DNA of 63,877 nucleotides, the filler included, from Choristocarpus tenellus KU-1152 (taxonomy: Eukaryota; Protista; Phaeophyceae), in the NCBI GenBank assembly GCA_964200185.2. It is 15 parts of 15 records of this genome, joined end to end, with 100 filler letters (N's around TTAATTAATTAA, not from the genome) between each part and the next. Parts side by side here need not be neighbours in the genome. Positions count along the whole stretch, not along the records: positions 47,523 to 54,639 come from CAXNAD020006665.1; positions 54,740 to 57,684 come from CAXNAD020023462.1; positions 57,785 to 61,199 come from CAXNAD020020195.1; 12 more parts are not named here. One strand, 5' to 3'. Each line of letters begins with the position of its first letter. Within the stretch, counting starts at the first letter, position 1. A program made the translations under genes and the position numbers. The notes under the pieces were generated by a model. The model was not told the DNA's origin. It saw only the letters and a program-made list of their open reading frames with translations, and did not search any database. This document shows, piece by piece, positions 48,600-61,299 of this stretch.

Positions 48600-51500
48600 C
48601 TTTGGAACTGCAATGAAACAATTCGACTCTCCTTGTCCAGTACCCAGGTGCCAACCTTCTCAATAGAAGCAAGCCCAGATGGCTCTAAGAGAACAGCAGC
48701 CATGCCATCGCTACCACCACCAAGAGTCAAACAAGCCTCTTTCTTGATGTATTGCACACTGCAGAGAGAGAGAGAGAGAGAGAGAGTACGGCTACTATTG
48801 TTACAGCAATCACTCATCATTACCATAACAATAATATCTATTTTCAAATCATATTGGCACATAATACAGTCAGGCATGTTCAGACACGAGGTCAGAATGA
48901 AACAAAATATACACAAAAAAGGGGGAAAAAATATTGACATATGAAAGAGATGAAGAGGAAAGTGAACAAAAAATGATGAGAAATTCTTACCAGGAGCAAA
49001 CACTTGGGGAGATTAGCCAGAGGAAGATAGATACTTCAAACCTCAAGGCCAAACAAGACCAGAAGTTCACCTACTGACTAGACAATCCTCCAGGATGCTC
49101 TGCACAGCTAACTTGTCTACCCATTGCTAGGAAATATTCTGATAAGAGCATCTTCTACATCCAGTGCAGAACAAACTCCAAACTGTAACTGTCATTTCCG
49201 CACAGTAGGTCATCCACTGTTGCACCAAATACACAGAGGAGCTATCCCAGTGAGATACCTCACATGAGGTTTGTGACAAAAAACAAAGCGTATGACACCA
49301 AAACGCCTAAAATATCTATAAATCCAAAACATGTAAGTTCAACCTCTTGTGTTAACAAATTTTGCCTTACATGTTAATTTTATGTGTGTATTTATGTGTG
49401 TATTTATGTGTGTATTTATGTGTGTATTTATCGGGTTATTTTTTATTTTTTATTTTTTGGGGGGGGTATTGAGGTTAGGGTCAGGGTCAGGACTGGAAAC
49501 AATCATAAGAAGAAAGATCAAGAGTCATTCATACTATATAGTAAAATAGACAACTAAATGGGATAAATAGTTCAAATGTTCAAAATACGTCTCTTTTCCA
49601 TCATTAGTATCAGAATGCTGGCAACCCACTACATAACCACGCTTAACTCCACACAGGCACACACCTGCGATCTGCCTTTATTGCAAATCGCCAAGTTCCC
49701 TTAAGTCTCTCCCTCATTAATGCAGGATCTCCCACAAGAGACATTAAACCTGGTGAGGCTCTTCCTTCTCCCTCGCCCAGCATCTTAGACTCTCCCCCCT
49801 CTGCCTCTTCTTCTTTGACTGGCACACCCCTTGCTACTTCCAGACCTGTTTCCTCCTTTTGTTGAAGAGCTTCTCGTTCCATATCTACAGCCCTTGCAGC
49901 GTCCTCAGATCGATCCTTGAGGAACTCAAAGGCTTGAAGGACTCGGAACTGTGATAGACTGCCCTTGAACCCGTCTGCAGCAAGGAGTACCTGAAGGGTA
50001 CATATGGCAATAGATTGCATGCATGGGGAAAAAGGGTGGAGCCTGACTGCTGAAAAGGTTGCCTTAGGAGCGATATTTCAAAATATGCCTCACTCCATTA
50101 CCTTTCTCCAACCGTAACTCTAATATTTCGAAAATGGGCCTCAAGGCAACGCCACAGAAGTAAAATAAAACCCAGTGTCCCGTCGATAGTGTTCAGTGAT
50201 CATCACCTATCATAAAAGTACATCACCATGGACCTGTGGATATGTGTTTCCTTGTTACTATAACGGTATGTACAATTTAGGTGTTTGTAGCCTCAAACTA
50301 TGTTACAAGGTCCATCTCCCGAAATAGAAAACGAGACTGGTTTTCTTGGCAGAGACTGTGCTACATCGGACTCCATTTTGAACCAAACCTTCAAATATCA
50401 ACAAAAGTATATAGACCATCGCTGACACCAATCAAGAATTCAATTTCTTCACCAACGGCCAAGAATTGCTACTTAAATTCAGTTCATCTAACAGAAAAGA
50501 TTCCAAACCGGGTAACTGCCAAAAACAAATTACAAATTCAGACAAAGTTTTTGGGAACAATCTCCAGAACCCTAAACCTAAACTCACATCCTTGGCATCG
50601 TTGACACTGAAGACCTTGGACTGCTCCGGCCTTCCATCTATGTCCTTCACAAAGTATGTTGTAGTGAACCGGTCATCTGTCTTGAGGGACATTTGCTCGT
50701 AAGAGGCAGACCACATCCTTGAAAACTCAGACACCACCTCTGCCTCCCCAGGTCGACTGTACTTGAGAAACTCCATTGCTTCTAGTCCTTCATTCAGCCT
50801 TTCACCAAATGTGCAACAAGATGGAAAGATGTAATAGAGAGTTGTGAAAAAAATGGACCTCGAAGCTTGGATTATTATAAACATACTGCATATATTTGAT
50901 ATTTTTCCAAAAACAGGCAAAATTCAGCAAAATTCAGCGAGGGTCCCAGTACTTACTCGCACAGTGGGTTAAATTAGAAAAATACAAACATAGTAAGGAG
51001 AAGATAGGTGAGATGGAAGCATAGATGCAAATAGTAGCAAAATGTTTGACATGACAGAGACTACACACCCTTCCCACAGAGACACATCAAATCAATTGGT
51101 GGAATGTTCACCAGTACACAGTATACAGTATACAGTATACAGAAGACAAGTCCACGCAGCACAAAATACAACAACTACTGTTTTGATACAACTACTGTTT
51201 TGATACACACCACAAGGTACAGCTAACATGAAATACTCAGAGCTTACGAAAATCTGCAATTTTGAAAATATCAGAAAAACCTCAGGAACACATCAATATC
51301 ATATTTCCTCTTCTACATCACCCTAATGTTGAAGCAAATATAAGAACTTCCTCACTCTTCATAACCCTAACCCCCTATCTGTTCAGATTAGTATACCTCT
51401 ATTGAAAGAGTGTAAATATCATGTAAATGTATATACATGATCACCTTCTGGCCTTGCTCTTCACATCCCTGTTCTTGGACCTCCTCAGCAATTTGTAGAT

Positions 51501-54500
51501 ATCCTGCGCTTCAGAAGACCGTCCAGTGGCCTCTAACGCCATGCCCAGCTCCAGGAAAACCACTGCTCCTAGAGGACCATTGGTGGAGCACACCTATCAA
51601 TATATATGGTTAACAAACAAGTAGAGGTTTAGGGTTAGGGTTAGAGAGAGCCTTCCTCATCATAGTCATATCTTACCGACAATATCATGGTTGTTTTTTA
51701 CAACTGTAGAGGGTTGGGGTTAGGGCTAGGGTTAGGGCTAGGGCTAGTTGGGATACTCGTAGATTTAAGATTGATTGATTTGCACAATTGGGTTCAACGT
51801 TTGATGCAATGATCCCTAACCTCAAAACATCTGGCAGAACTTGTTATGAAGAAAACAAGCAACAACATATAGAGTATTCGAGAACCCATATTCAAAGACA
51901 GTACAAAAAATGAGAGTATAAAAGATACTGAAAAAGAATGATTATTGGATAGAAATACTCTACTCCAGAGTATAACTACAATTTAACCCTGAAAAGTAAA
52001 ATCAACACCATATACTATATAGTTAATAATCGCTCTTCTTACTAAAAAAGTGTCACACAAACTTTGGTGAGAAGTACACAAAAAAAACTAACCCTAACCA
52101 TAAGGTCAAGATCTCTCAATCACAGGTCCTGGCCTCGATCACAATGCAATGTCACTGAGAATAGATACACCTAATAGATAGCACAAAGAATATGTCACCC
52201 CCTACAAAAATGTGTCATGCTAATATACAAAAATCAAGATCATCACAGTCATTGGTATATGATGTGTCAAGGAGTTTCAGCCTATTTATTGTGGCAGTGC
52301 TATACTACTAATACTACATAACCATCATTACTCCACTTTCTTTATATCATTATCATAAACATTGTTATTATTTTAATTATTAGACAGGGTGAAGGGACTA
52401 GCAAGGATAATAGCCTGTTAAAGTATATTATTGAATATATTATTCAAATGAAAACTGTCGCAAAAAACACACACAAGCAAGTTGCCTATTGGTTATTGAG
52501 TTAGGGTTGATGTGTGCATGTTCCCACTCACCAATTTCAAATACAGTGTAGTATAGCATAGGGGAGATTGCAACACACGGATCAATCTAGGGTTAGGGTT
52601 AGGGCTAAAACAATGCTCTTCATCTCATCCTCCCCAATTTGATACTATCACTAATACTGACTTCTTAATGTTGTATGGCAGAGAAATTTCTCATAAAAAA
52701 TATATTTTGTCCCCAGAAAATTTGAAATAATGAAGGGATCGGAACTTGTACACTGTGGATACAAATCAGCATTGTATACCCAATATACCCTAACCCTACC
52801 AAGAGATCGGTAGCCGGTACAGTAATACAGCTGAACTAAACATTTCAATGCTATGGAAATAAAAGTGAATACCACTGACCAAATAGTTAGTACTAATGAG
52901 AGGGTCAACTGTCACTACCTATCTTCTATGTACCATAAACAGGGGTTACAATATTTCCATCTTTCCATCTTTCCATCTAAAAGCATATGAAAAGTACTCT
53001 AAAGCAAGCATTACTACTCTACTACTCTACTCGAGTACTCAGGCGCACTGGTTGAAAGTTTCCAACATTCCCAGCTAAATCCTGTATTTACCTTACAAAC
53101 AATTTTGAGTCAAAGTATTTAAGTATTTAAGAGGGTAGGACTGTGTCTGTTGAGAGTCATAAATACAATGTTGCAATCTTGAAGTAATTTTGTTAGCAAT
53201 ATAGTGTTTGTTAGCAAGTGTCAATATCCTTGCTCCAGACAAACCTTTCACACTTCTATACATTTTACCTACTCTGAAATCCTAAATATTGTTATACTGT
53301 TATATTGTTACAGTCGATTGTTGATAGAGAAAACACAAAGAGTGCAAAACAAACCTGTGGGAAGTCAATCCCCAAAACATACAAACAGGGCAAAACTTGC
53401 TAACCCTACCCTCTTAAATGTTACGGGTTCGTATGACACAGCGAGGTACATCACTCACCTTTAACTCTGACCCTAACTCTAACTCTAACCCTAACCCTAA
53501 CCCTAACTCTAACCCTTTAACCCTAACCCTAACCCCCACCCCAACTCTATCTCACATCTCATTCTAGTGCACAAAATTTCTAACAAGAACCGATCCATGC
53601 CTTTGTCCTCATGTACATACACAAATATCACCAAATATCAGACTTCAAAAACACATATTCAACGACAATTTCAGACCAACAGATACACCCCCCCAACGCA
53701 GCCCACACCTTGAACGGGCAGTGTGCACTCTTGTCAGTCACTTCTACAAACTACAAAGGGGCAGCTTGGGGGGGAGGGGACTCTCACCCCTTTCACTTCT
53801 TCAAGAGCAGACACTGCGCCGTAGGTGTCTCCATACCTCATGGCACGCTTGGCCTGTTCTAAGGCAACCTGAATCTTACCTTCATTGGCAGTCTCCTTCT
53901 CCAAGTCTGCATTAGCCACTCCACGGTACCTTTAGAATTGACAAATCACTCATAGGATTAGTGTGTTTAGGGTTAGGGTTAGTGAGTCAGGGTTAGAGTT
54001 AGTGTGCCATGCAAGTAGTGTACTGTGGTATAAGATGCTCATGTTGGGATCAAAAGCCGCATGACAAGCTCAAGCACTATGTCTAGCCTATATATATTTG
54101 GTTGATATCAGTTTCAATTGCTCCATCAGTGAAAGAAGGGATGGAACAGGTAAAGTTCAAACTGCAATAGCCCTGGAAGGCGTTAGGTTTCTTCTTCCAA
54201 AATGTTTTGGGGTTGCTAAAACAAGACACATGACTTTGTTAAAATTGTCAAGATTGTCAAAAAGGAGTTTGTTTAGGTATGTATCTATGTTCCATTGCAA
54301 GAACCTACAGCAATAAATCACATCACAAAAAATATATCCATTCTTAGCATTAGGGTTAGAATTTAAGCAATACTTTGATGTCAAACCCAAACCTTATTCC
54401 ATGTACAGGACACAGTTCAAGTAGTTATTACTTACTTAGGGCTAGGGTTAGGGTTAGTTATTACTTACTCTAACCACCAACTACAGGTGACACCTCCCCG

Positions 54501-54639
54501 TTGACACTTTTCTCACCTTTCAAGGATAGCCCTGGTCTCCTCAGCACGTTTCTTCTCCTCCTCTGGATCAACACGCCGCTGCCTCGGGTCCCTCCCCCCC
54601 CCAAAAGCCTTGCTGATGTCCTTAGGTCTCTCAAACACA
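48600..54639 (-). CDS. Multi-exon gene for a conserved algal/plant TPR-like protein. Exons 54639-54517, 53929-53788, 51593-51445, 50798-50588, 49990-49665, 48758-48600; both ends incomplete
   Basis: All junctions are GT-AG and phase compatible, giving VFERPKDISKAFGGGR...AILERYRGVANADLEKE...LELGMALEATGRSSEAQDIYKLLRRSKNRDVKSKARRLNEGLEAMEFLK... From memory this resembles an uncharacterised plant plastid family with WGVFPRPxxISKxFGGGR (At2g38780-like); unverified. Confidence 0.85.
53107..53420 (+). mobile_element. Diverged MITE family A copy in an intron
   Basis: gagtcaaagtattt...gagggtagg through aaacagggcaaaac...accctctta. Confidence 0.75.
53461..53545. repeat. Interstitial telomere-like (CCCTAA)n tract, the longest of more than 12 such tracts
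   Basis: ccctaaccctaaccctaa with degenerate variants. Confidence 0.9.
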
Positions 54640-55656
54640 NNNNNNNNNNNNNNNNNNNNNNNNNNNNNNNNNNNNNNNNNNNNTTAATTAATTAANNNNN
54701 NNNNNNNNNNNNNNNNNNNNNNNNNNNNNNNNNNNNNNNGAGCGGTTACATTGTGTAGCGGAGAGGAGGGGGGGGGTGGGATTGTGGTGTATCTTACTTT
54801 TGTGTTGGATTTTTTTGAGAAGTTGGTTTTTGAGTTGGGGTCAAAGTTTGCCAATGCCACTGCAGATGCATTGAGGTGTTGGTTTGTGGATGTATAGTTG
54901 TTGGGGAGGTGTTGGTTTGTGGGTTGATTGTTTGCCGATGCTATTAGTGCAACCATTGCTGTATTTTGTCCAGGTGTAGATTGTAGAATACCTGGCTGGA
55001 TATTCCTGAGAGCTGGTGTGTTTGTGTACATGAATTATGCTCTTGATGCTCATAGTCAAGGTGTGCAAGATACTTCCAAGATAATGGTAAAAGTATCTTC
55101 CTTCGTGCATGTTTTGAGTTTGGGTTGTGGTTTTGCTTTTGTTTACCTGGTGCTTAAGTTACTGTTGGTGTTACGATTGATCCACCCCAAGTCGAGTTCT
55201 TAGAAGAGGTGTTTCAAAGTGAGTACTTTGTGTTTGTGTGTGTGTATGTATGTAGATGTGGTCATAGCTGGACTCTGCATTGGCTGAACACTTAGGATTG
55301 CATATTTACTTACGTCTTATATCGTTTTTAAAAAAGTTGACATTTTTGAAGTGTGGTCTTCTGTGACAGAGCCCTAGCATGTTGATTTGTTCGATTGAAC
55401 AGTAGTAAGGTTAGGGTTTGTCCCACTACTACTAACTACTACTAACTGCACCTCAGGCATGTGAGTTTAATACCATCTAGTCGCTGCATCAGACCCAGAT
55501 CTATATATACCCTAACCCTATCTCTGCGGGTTCAGTCAGCCTACCATGTGTTGAGACTTTTTCCTGATTGCAACAATTTGAATTACTGGAACATTCAATA
55601 GCCCTCCCCCCTGGCCATCTTGGTACTGCCCTGTTAATGTATGTTTGTTGTGGAAG

Positions 55657-57356
55657 ATGGTGAGGTCGAGGAGAAGAGTGTGATTGCGTTATTCTTTGAG
55701 AAGAGGTGAGCCATAGGTAGTCAAGGAGCTTGGAAGGCGTAGAGCAGAGCAGTATTACATTTTTTTTTCCGCTTGGTTATGGATTGAACTCTACACATGA
55801 GTGTCTACGTACATGGCAAACGTGTGTGCCCAACATTAGGTAATTATGATATTCCCAGTACTTGCTTGGTACGTGAATGATAGAAAAAAAGGTGTACCTT
55901 TTTTGTTCTTTGTGTGGTGGTTGTATGGTCTGCACGTATGGTCTGCAGGAAGAGTGCAGTAGGTGCAATAGAATGGTACGTGGGTTGGGGTAGGTATTTT
56001 GCCAACAATGTGATTGGGATTTTTCTTTTTCTTTCTTTTTTTCTTTCTTTTGTTAAAACTTAACTGTGTTGTTGAGAGATGATGTGTCTGTCCCCGTGGT
56101 GCATTTTGCATTTTTTGTTGAGAACAGGTTTTTCCCTTTCATTTTGAAGTTCAAGAAGCTGATTCTTGTCGGGTACGTGGTGGTTATGATCTTCTATATC
56201 GCAATCGGATCGCAGCTCGTTCCAGACTCGGAGGTAAGGATTAGTTGGTGGGTCCGTCCGTGGTTGGTGTGGGGGTAGGGGTAAGGCCTTAGAAAGAGAG
56301 GAATGGTGCGGTTATTTATTTTTAGGTTGCTAAGGAGTTGGTTTTCCGGGTATGAGAAGAGTAGGCATAACATTTAGTATTAAAAAAAAAGGTCTTTTTC
56401 TATTGGTGCCGATTAGTGTCTTCAAAGGTAAAAGAAAAAAAAACATGGATGAAGTAGGTGTTACTATCACGTTTCTGCTCCTTTCAATGGAGGATTACAG
56501 TCGATGGTTTAGCTGAGCAATATGTAGGCAGCTTTGCCAATTTTGATCACTCCTGGTTGGTCTTCTTTTTTTTCAAGTCCAACGATAAGGCTGCTTGCCG
56601 ATTACTGATTTTCATTTTTAACAATTGTTAATTTTCTCAAATTTCTTACACTTGTTCTAGGAGACGAGTCTCATCATCTGCTTGAAGAGAGGGTGTGTGA
56701 TTGAGATCGATCCGTGGATGGGTACTCCAATGGAATAACGCTTTCTATTCTCGTTGAACAGTATCTTCTGAAGCACCTGCCATTGTTGTGAATGGTTCTT
56801 TGACGTTTTATCTTATCTGGCGTGGTGGGAAACAGTTCAGAGTCAATTCCTAAACTGTCGAAGTCCTGGAGAGGAACGAACGGTCTGTTGCCCTGCCCGC
56901 CCATCCAATAAGGAACAGATCGGGGTTTTTTGTTATTTTAGTCAGAGTGTGCTCTGCTTGTGGAGCTCAGCGGTCTGTTTGCCTCAATTCATATGGTGGG
57001 TGTACATTGAGATGTTCCAATGCTTTTGATTTGAAATGCTGGATCTTTTGGACCAAGAGGGGTCCCTCCCCAAGTAAGGGTCGGCTAACCCTAACCCTAA
57101 CCCTCTTTGGTAACCTCGTGCTAGCTGTTTTGATCTCCCAGCATGTCCCCTTTCACATCACTGTGGTATATATGTGTATGCTTCAAGTGTAATATAACAG
57201 TATGTTTGTGTATGTGTGTATGTGTGAAACTTGTCTTCGAATCGATATGAAAAGGCACCAAGTCTGATTCCAGATAGCGATCAATACAAGGAGGTATCGA
57301 ACAAGCTTACGGATTACTTTGCACGAAGTGTTACCAGCAACCGGGTCACTGTGGAT
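55657..57356 (+). CDS. Three exons (55657-55705, 56128-56233, 57255-57356) of a membrane protein, probably Dispatched/Patched-like RND family
   Basis: Phase-compatible GT-AG joins give GEVEEKSVIALFFEKRFFPFILKFKKLILVGYVVVMIFYIAIGSQLVPDSEAPSLIPDSDQYKEVSNKLTDYFARSVTSNRVTVD. The pattern resembles TM7 and the start of the second extracellular loop of Dispatched-like proteins. Confidence 0.6.
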
Positions 57357-57854
57357 GTGAGCTGATACATGTAGAAGGTGGTTATGTTGTCCCATTTTTT
57401 TTATGTCTTCTTATCAATGAGTATCTCGTAAATATCTAGATTGGCTGCGAATGACTTGTACCTTTCTTGTCAAGGCAAAGCAGGAAGTAGGAGTAAGAGT
57501 AGGTCCACGAAGATTGAGTTACTAGATGTTAAGGTGGTATTGGCTACAGTGATGAAGGTTTTTAACTCTTTGGAAAGCCTAGTGACGACACTATCTTAGT
57601 GTCATTGACTTACATATTACCTATGGATGCACAGGGGGAGGGGGGAGGGAGGGAAGTGTACACATAGTGACCTTATCTGATAGTNNNNNNNNNNNNNNNN
57701 NNNNNNNNNNNNNNNNNNNNNNNNNNNNTTAATTAATTAANNNNNNNNNNNNNNNNNNNNNNNNNNNNNNNNNNNNNNNNNNNNTTTTTTTATTATCTCC
57801 CCACCCCACCCCCCCCGACTCCCCCCCCCCCCCCCCCCCGGCCTCCCGCCCGGC

Positions 57855-57897
<43 letters not shown>

Positions 57898-58147
57898 CAC
57901 CCATTGCTTTTTTTCATGTCGATACATTTTTTCCGGTATATCAGTGCTCAGTGCTCTCAAATCAGCACCACATCCCATTGCAAAGACGCCCACAAATATT
58001 TATCAACACAGCTCATCCTCTGGGAGGCGTGTACGAGCGCTTGTCATACCACTCACTCGCTCTCCTTTCTGTGAAACATGTGCAAACGGGGGGGGGCTCC
58101 CTAGTGCGGCTATGTTGAGTTGAATAATTAATTCCTTTCCAACGATT

Positions 58148-58352
58148 TTTTGTTTGATTTGTGTTCGATTTTTGTTTGATTTGTGTTTGATTTGTGTTTG
58201 ATTTGTGTTTGATTTGTGTTTGATTTGTGTTTAATTTGTGTTTGATTTGTGTTTGATTTGTGTTTAATTTGTGTTTGATTTGTGTTTGATTTGTGTTTGA
58301 TTTGTGTTTAATTTGTGTTCGATTTGTGTTTAATTTGTGTTTGATTTGTGTT
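58148..58352. repeat. 11-bp minisatellite tttgatttgtg, ~18 copies
   Basis: Direct inspection. Confidence 0.95.
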
Positions 58353-58410
58353 CGAAGCCCCGCAAGCGGTACCAATCGCGTTGTTGTGTTGATTCGTCAA
58401 CACTCCAAAG

Positions 58411-58608
58411 TGCTGGCGTTTTTTTCACTCTGAATGAGAGAGAAAGAGCCGGTTTGCTTTTGAACAATTGCCTGACCCCACTGAAGGTGGGGGAGCCCCT
58501 ACGAGAGGCTGGCATCAATCTCCCTGGCATGTTGACCCTCCTGGGGGCGCTGGTCCATGGCATGGCGGGTGCCAGCAAGAACTCTGAGATTGTGGATGCT
58601 TGGAGAAG
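58411..58608 (+). CDS. Internal exon of an unidentified helical (HEAT/ARM-like?) protein
   Basis: caaag| acceptor, 198-nt symmetric exon AGVFFTLNERERAGLLLNNCLTPLKVGEPLREAGINLPGMLTLLGALVHGMAGASKNSEIVDAWR, AG|gtgag donor. Confidence 0.65.
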
Positions 58609-59078
58609 GTGAGAAATTGGTAGAGCGATGTGGTTCCGCTGTGAGGAATGGGGGCTGAGGATTGTGTTCTCGATACATAGATGAATCTTATTTTGCATGG
58701 ATTGTAATCCTTTCTGTTATGTTACAAATAAATTAATATGTATTTTTTGTGTTGCGCTTTTTTCTACCATGCGGTCTAAGGTACATACCCTTCATTGTCA
58801 CAGTTTTTTTGTGCAATGCAATAGCGCACCCCTTCCTCGCCGATTATGCAGCCTCTTTTTCCCATTGGTATGGCATAGCATTTCTTTTTCCTACCCCTAT
58901 TCCACATCCCACTACCTCCGTCTGAGGGCAATCGCCCCCCTGCATCTAGAGGGGAACTTTTTTCCTGTATTTTTTTTTGTTCTGTGTTCGTTTGGTCTGA
59001 TTCAAATTTAAATTTAGCTCAGATTCTTTTCAAAGTGGCTAAACTCACAACTTTGTGTGTGTGTGTGTGTGTGTGTGT

Positions 59079-59340
59079 GAGCCAAAGTATCTTAGAGGTT
59101 AGGAGCGTGTCCATTTGGGGGCCAGAATCCAATGTTGCGATTTTGATGTAATTTTGGCTATCATGTTTGTTAGGAAGTGTCAATATCCTTGTTCCACACC
59201 TTTTCATAGCGTATACATTTTACCTACTCTGAAATACTTTGGTGGAGTAGGAAAATGCCATTAAAAAACCCATGGGAAGCCAAGCCCCAAATAAATGGAC
59301 AAACAGGACAAGATTTGTACCCTCTAAAATACTTTCACTC
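59079..59340 (+). mobile_element. MITE family A copy inserted in a (GT)n tract
   Basis: TIRs intact, with GT repeats on both sides. Confidence 0.9.
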
Positions 59341-59344
59341 TGTG

Positions 59345-59521
59345 TGTGTCTTCTCCTCTCCATGTTAATATCCTGGTACATCTGCAGCAAAACATTACTC
59401 ACATTGGAGTTTTCCAAATGCATCCCAGAGTTTGTAAAATGCTTCTTCTCCCTCCCTCACTCACGTGGATGATGTCCTTGTTGCTGTCATCTCACCTAGT
59501 TTATGCCAACTTGGTGGATTG

Positions 59522-59553
<32 letters not shown>

Positions 59554-60400
59554 TGTGTGCCTTTTTGTGAGGAGCAGGTACATATATGGTGTTCGCCTAT
59601 GCATTCGATACATGTATAGGAGAATGCCAAACCCGACGCCCTTGCTCAGCAGCATTGGAGGGAGAAATATTCCATGATTATTGTGCATATGCCTGTGCAT
59701 GTTTGTTTATGAAAATTGTGTCTTCTTTTTCTTCTTGAGTTGAGCAATTTGAATAAACAAACATGCACTGCGTTTGCCTCTGTTTTTAAGCATGTTGTTA
59801 TTTTCCTGTGAGCAGCAGGTGTATGTGTTTTTTTCTTCAAGCTGGACTCACTCAACAAGAAGGTTTCTTGTAGTGGCAGCAGGAAGGAGGATATCACGTG
59901 GAGTGGCTTTGTTTTTGAGAGGTGATGATCAAAGCTACTGCAGGAGTAATATTATCATTTCAATGTTAGAGCTCTGCCTATTTCTACATGTAGTTCCACA
60001 TAATTTCAGCATGCACGATTGAGGCTCTCGTTGGAAGCATCTGGCAGGGATCGCTACGTATGCCATACACATGGCGTGAACGTACTCTGGTGAACTGGCT
60101 AGAACTACCTCACAAACGTTCTGGGAAGGTTTATCAAAGCATCTCATGTAGTTTGTCCTCTTGTCAACTGTTAAAAGTAGGGTGCTTTGAAGGGTATCAA
60201 GCTGACATGAGAGCAAGACTACTTCTTACTATTACGTATGTAGTATGCACTAGGTTATTTTCTCGGAATAAGCAAGGTAATAATAAGAACAAGAGTACCC
60301 TGAGTGATTCCTAGTCCCGTAGAAAGAGCCAAGGTTGCTGACCGCAAGATATCCACTAGTGAGAACCTGTTGCTGAGTGTTGCTTTAGGGTTAGTTGGAT
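59345..60400 (+). pseudogene. Fragmented Ty1/copia RT relic
   Basis: SWYICSKTLLTLEFSKC.../HVDDVLVAV (YVDD-like) at ~59462. Later LARTTSQTFWEGLSKHL-like segment at ~60100. Confidence 0.5.
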
Positions 60401-60641
60401 CATCTCATTTTCCTTACTGTTTTCCTTGCTGAATGCTCAAACTCAGGACTGCACGAGAATGTTGTTGGATGAATCAAGAGGGGTTTTCCTCTTCTTGGTC
60501 CCCCTTGCTACCTAGTTGCAGATAATCGTCTCCGTCTTTTTTTTCTAGGCAAGATCCGTTCATTTTCTTTGTTTCATAATTTCCTACTACTTATTATATA
60601 CTGATTGATTTATCGGGTAGAGCTCACTGAAGTATATGTAA

Positions 60642-60901
60642 GAGTCAGAGTATCTTAGAGGGTAGAGCCGTGTCCGTTTGTGTCCAAAATCCAATGTTGC
60701 GATTTTGATGTAATTTTGACCATCGTGTTTGTTAGGAGGAGGTGCCATTGTCCTTGCTCCGGGCATACCTTTTCATTACGTATACATTTCATCTACTCCG
60801 AAACATTTAGGATTAGGAAAATGTCACATAAAACTCATGGGAAACCAAGCCCCAAACAGACAAATATGGTAAAACTTGTATCCTCTAAGATACTTTCACT
60901 C
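60642..60901 (+). mobile_element. MITE family A copy
   Basis: gagtcagagtatcttagagggta ... tcctctaagatactttcactc. Confidence 0.9.
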
Positions 60902-61145
60902 TAATACTGGAGTACTTGAAAGATATTACTTCCAAGTATATAGTACCTCAAAGTTGAATTGTTGGATGAATCTATCTGTGGGTTATTGAGCCCGTTGATC
61001 TGCATTTGCAGGAGGTGTCTGCATCAGATGCACCGCATTTTAAACCACTATTGTAGTACTACCTCTACTACAATTGCAATAGAAGAAGAGCTCTTTTAGC
61101 ATGTCATTGGATGAGTGCGTAAGTTCCAAATTCAGTCAAAAGTCA

Positions 61146-61199
61146 GGCTCAAAGTATCTGGGAGGGGGTGGCGGCTGTCCATTTGGGGTCAATTTTTTC
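61146..61199 (-). mobile_element. MITE family B fragment (truncated)
   Basis: ggctcaaagtatctgggaggggg...gtccatttgggg. Confidence 0.75.
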
Positions 61200-61299
61200 N
61201 NNNNNNNNNNNNNNNNNNNNNNNNNNNNNNNNNNNNNNNNNNNTTAATTAATTAANNNNNNNNNNNNNNNNNNNNNNNNNNNNNNNNNNNNNNNNNNNN

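Noticed and set aside
48989-49260. Additional exon of the minus-strand TPR-like gene
   Set aside because: The flanking exons already join in frame (KADR|SVQY) and this segment gives no convincing frame, although a gtaag donor exists.
58013-58375. 120-aa ORF with NTNQTQIKHK repeats
   Set aside because: Product of an 11-bp minisatellite that happens to lack stops.
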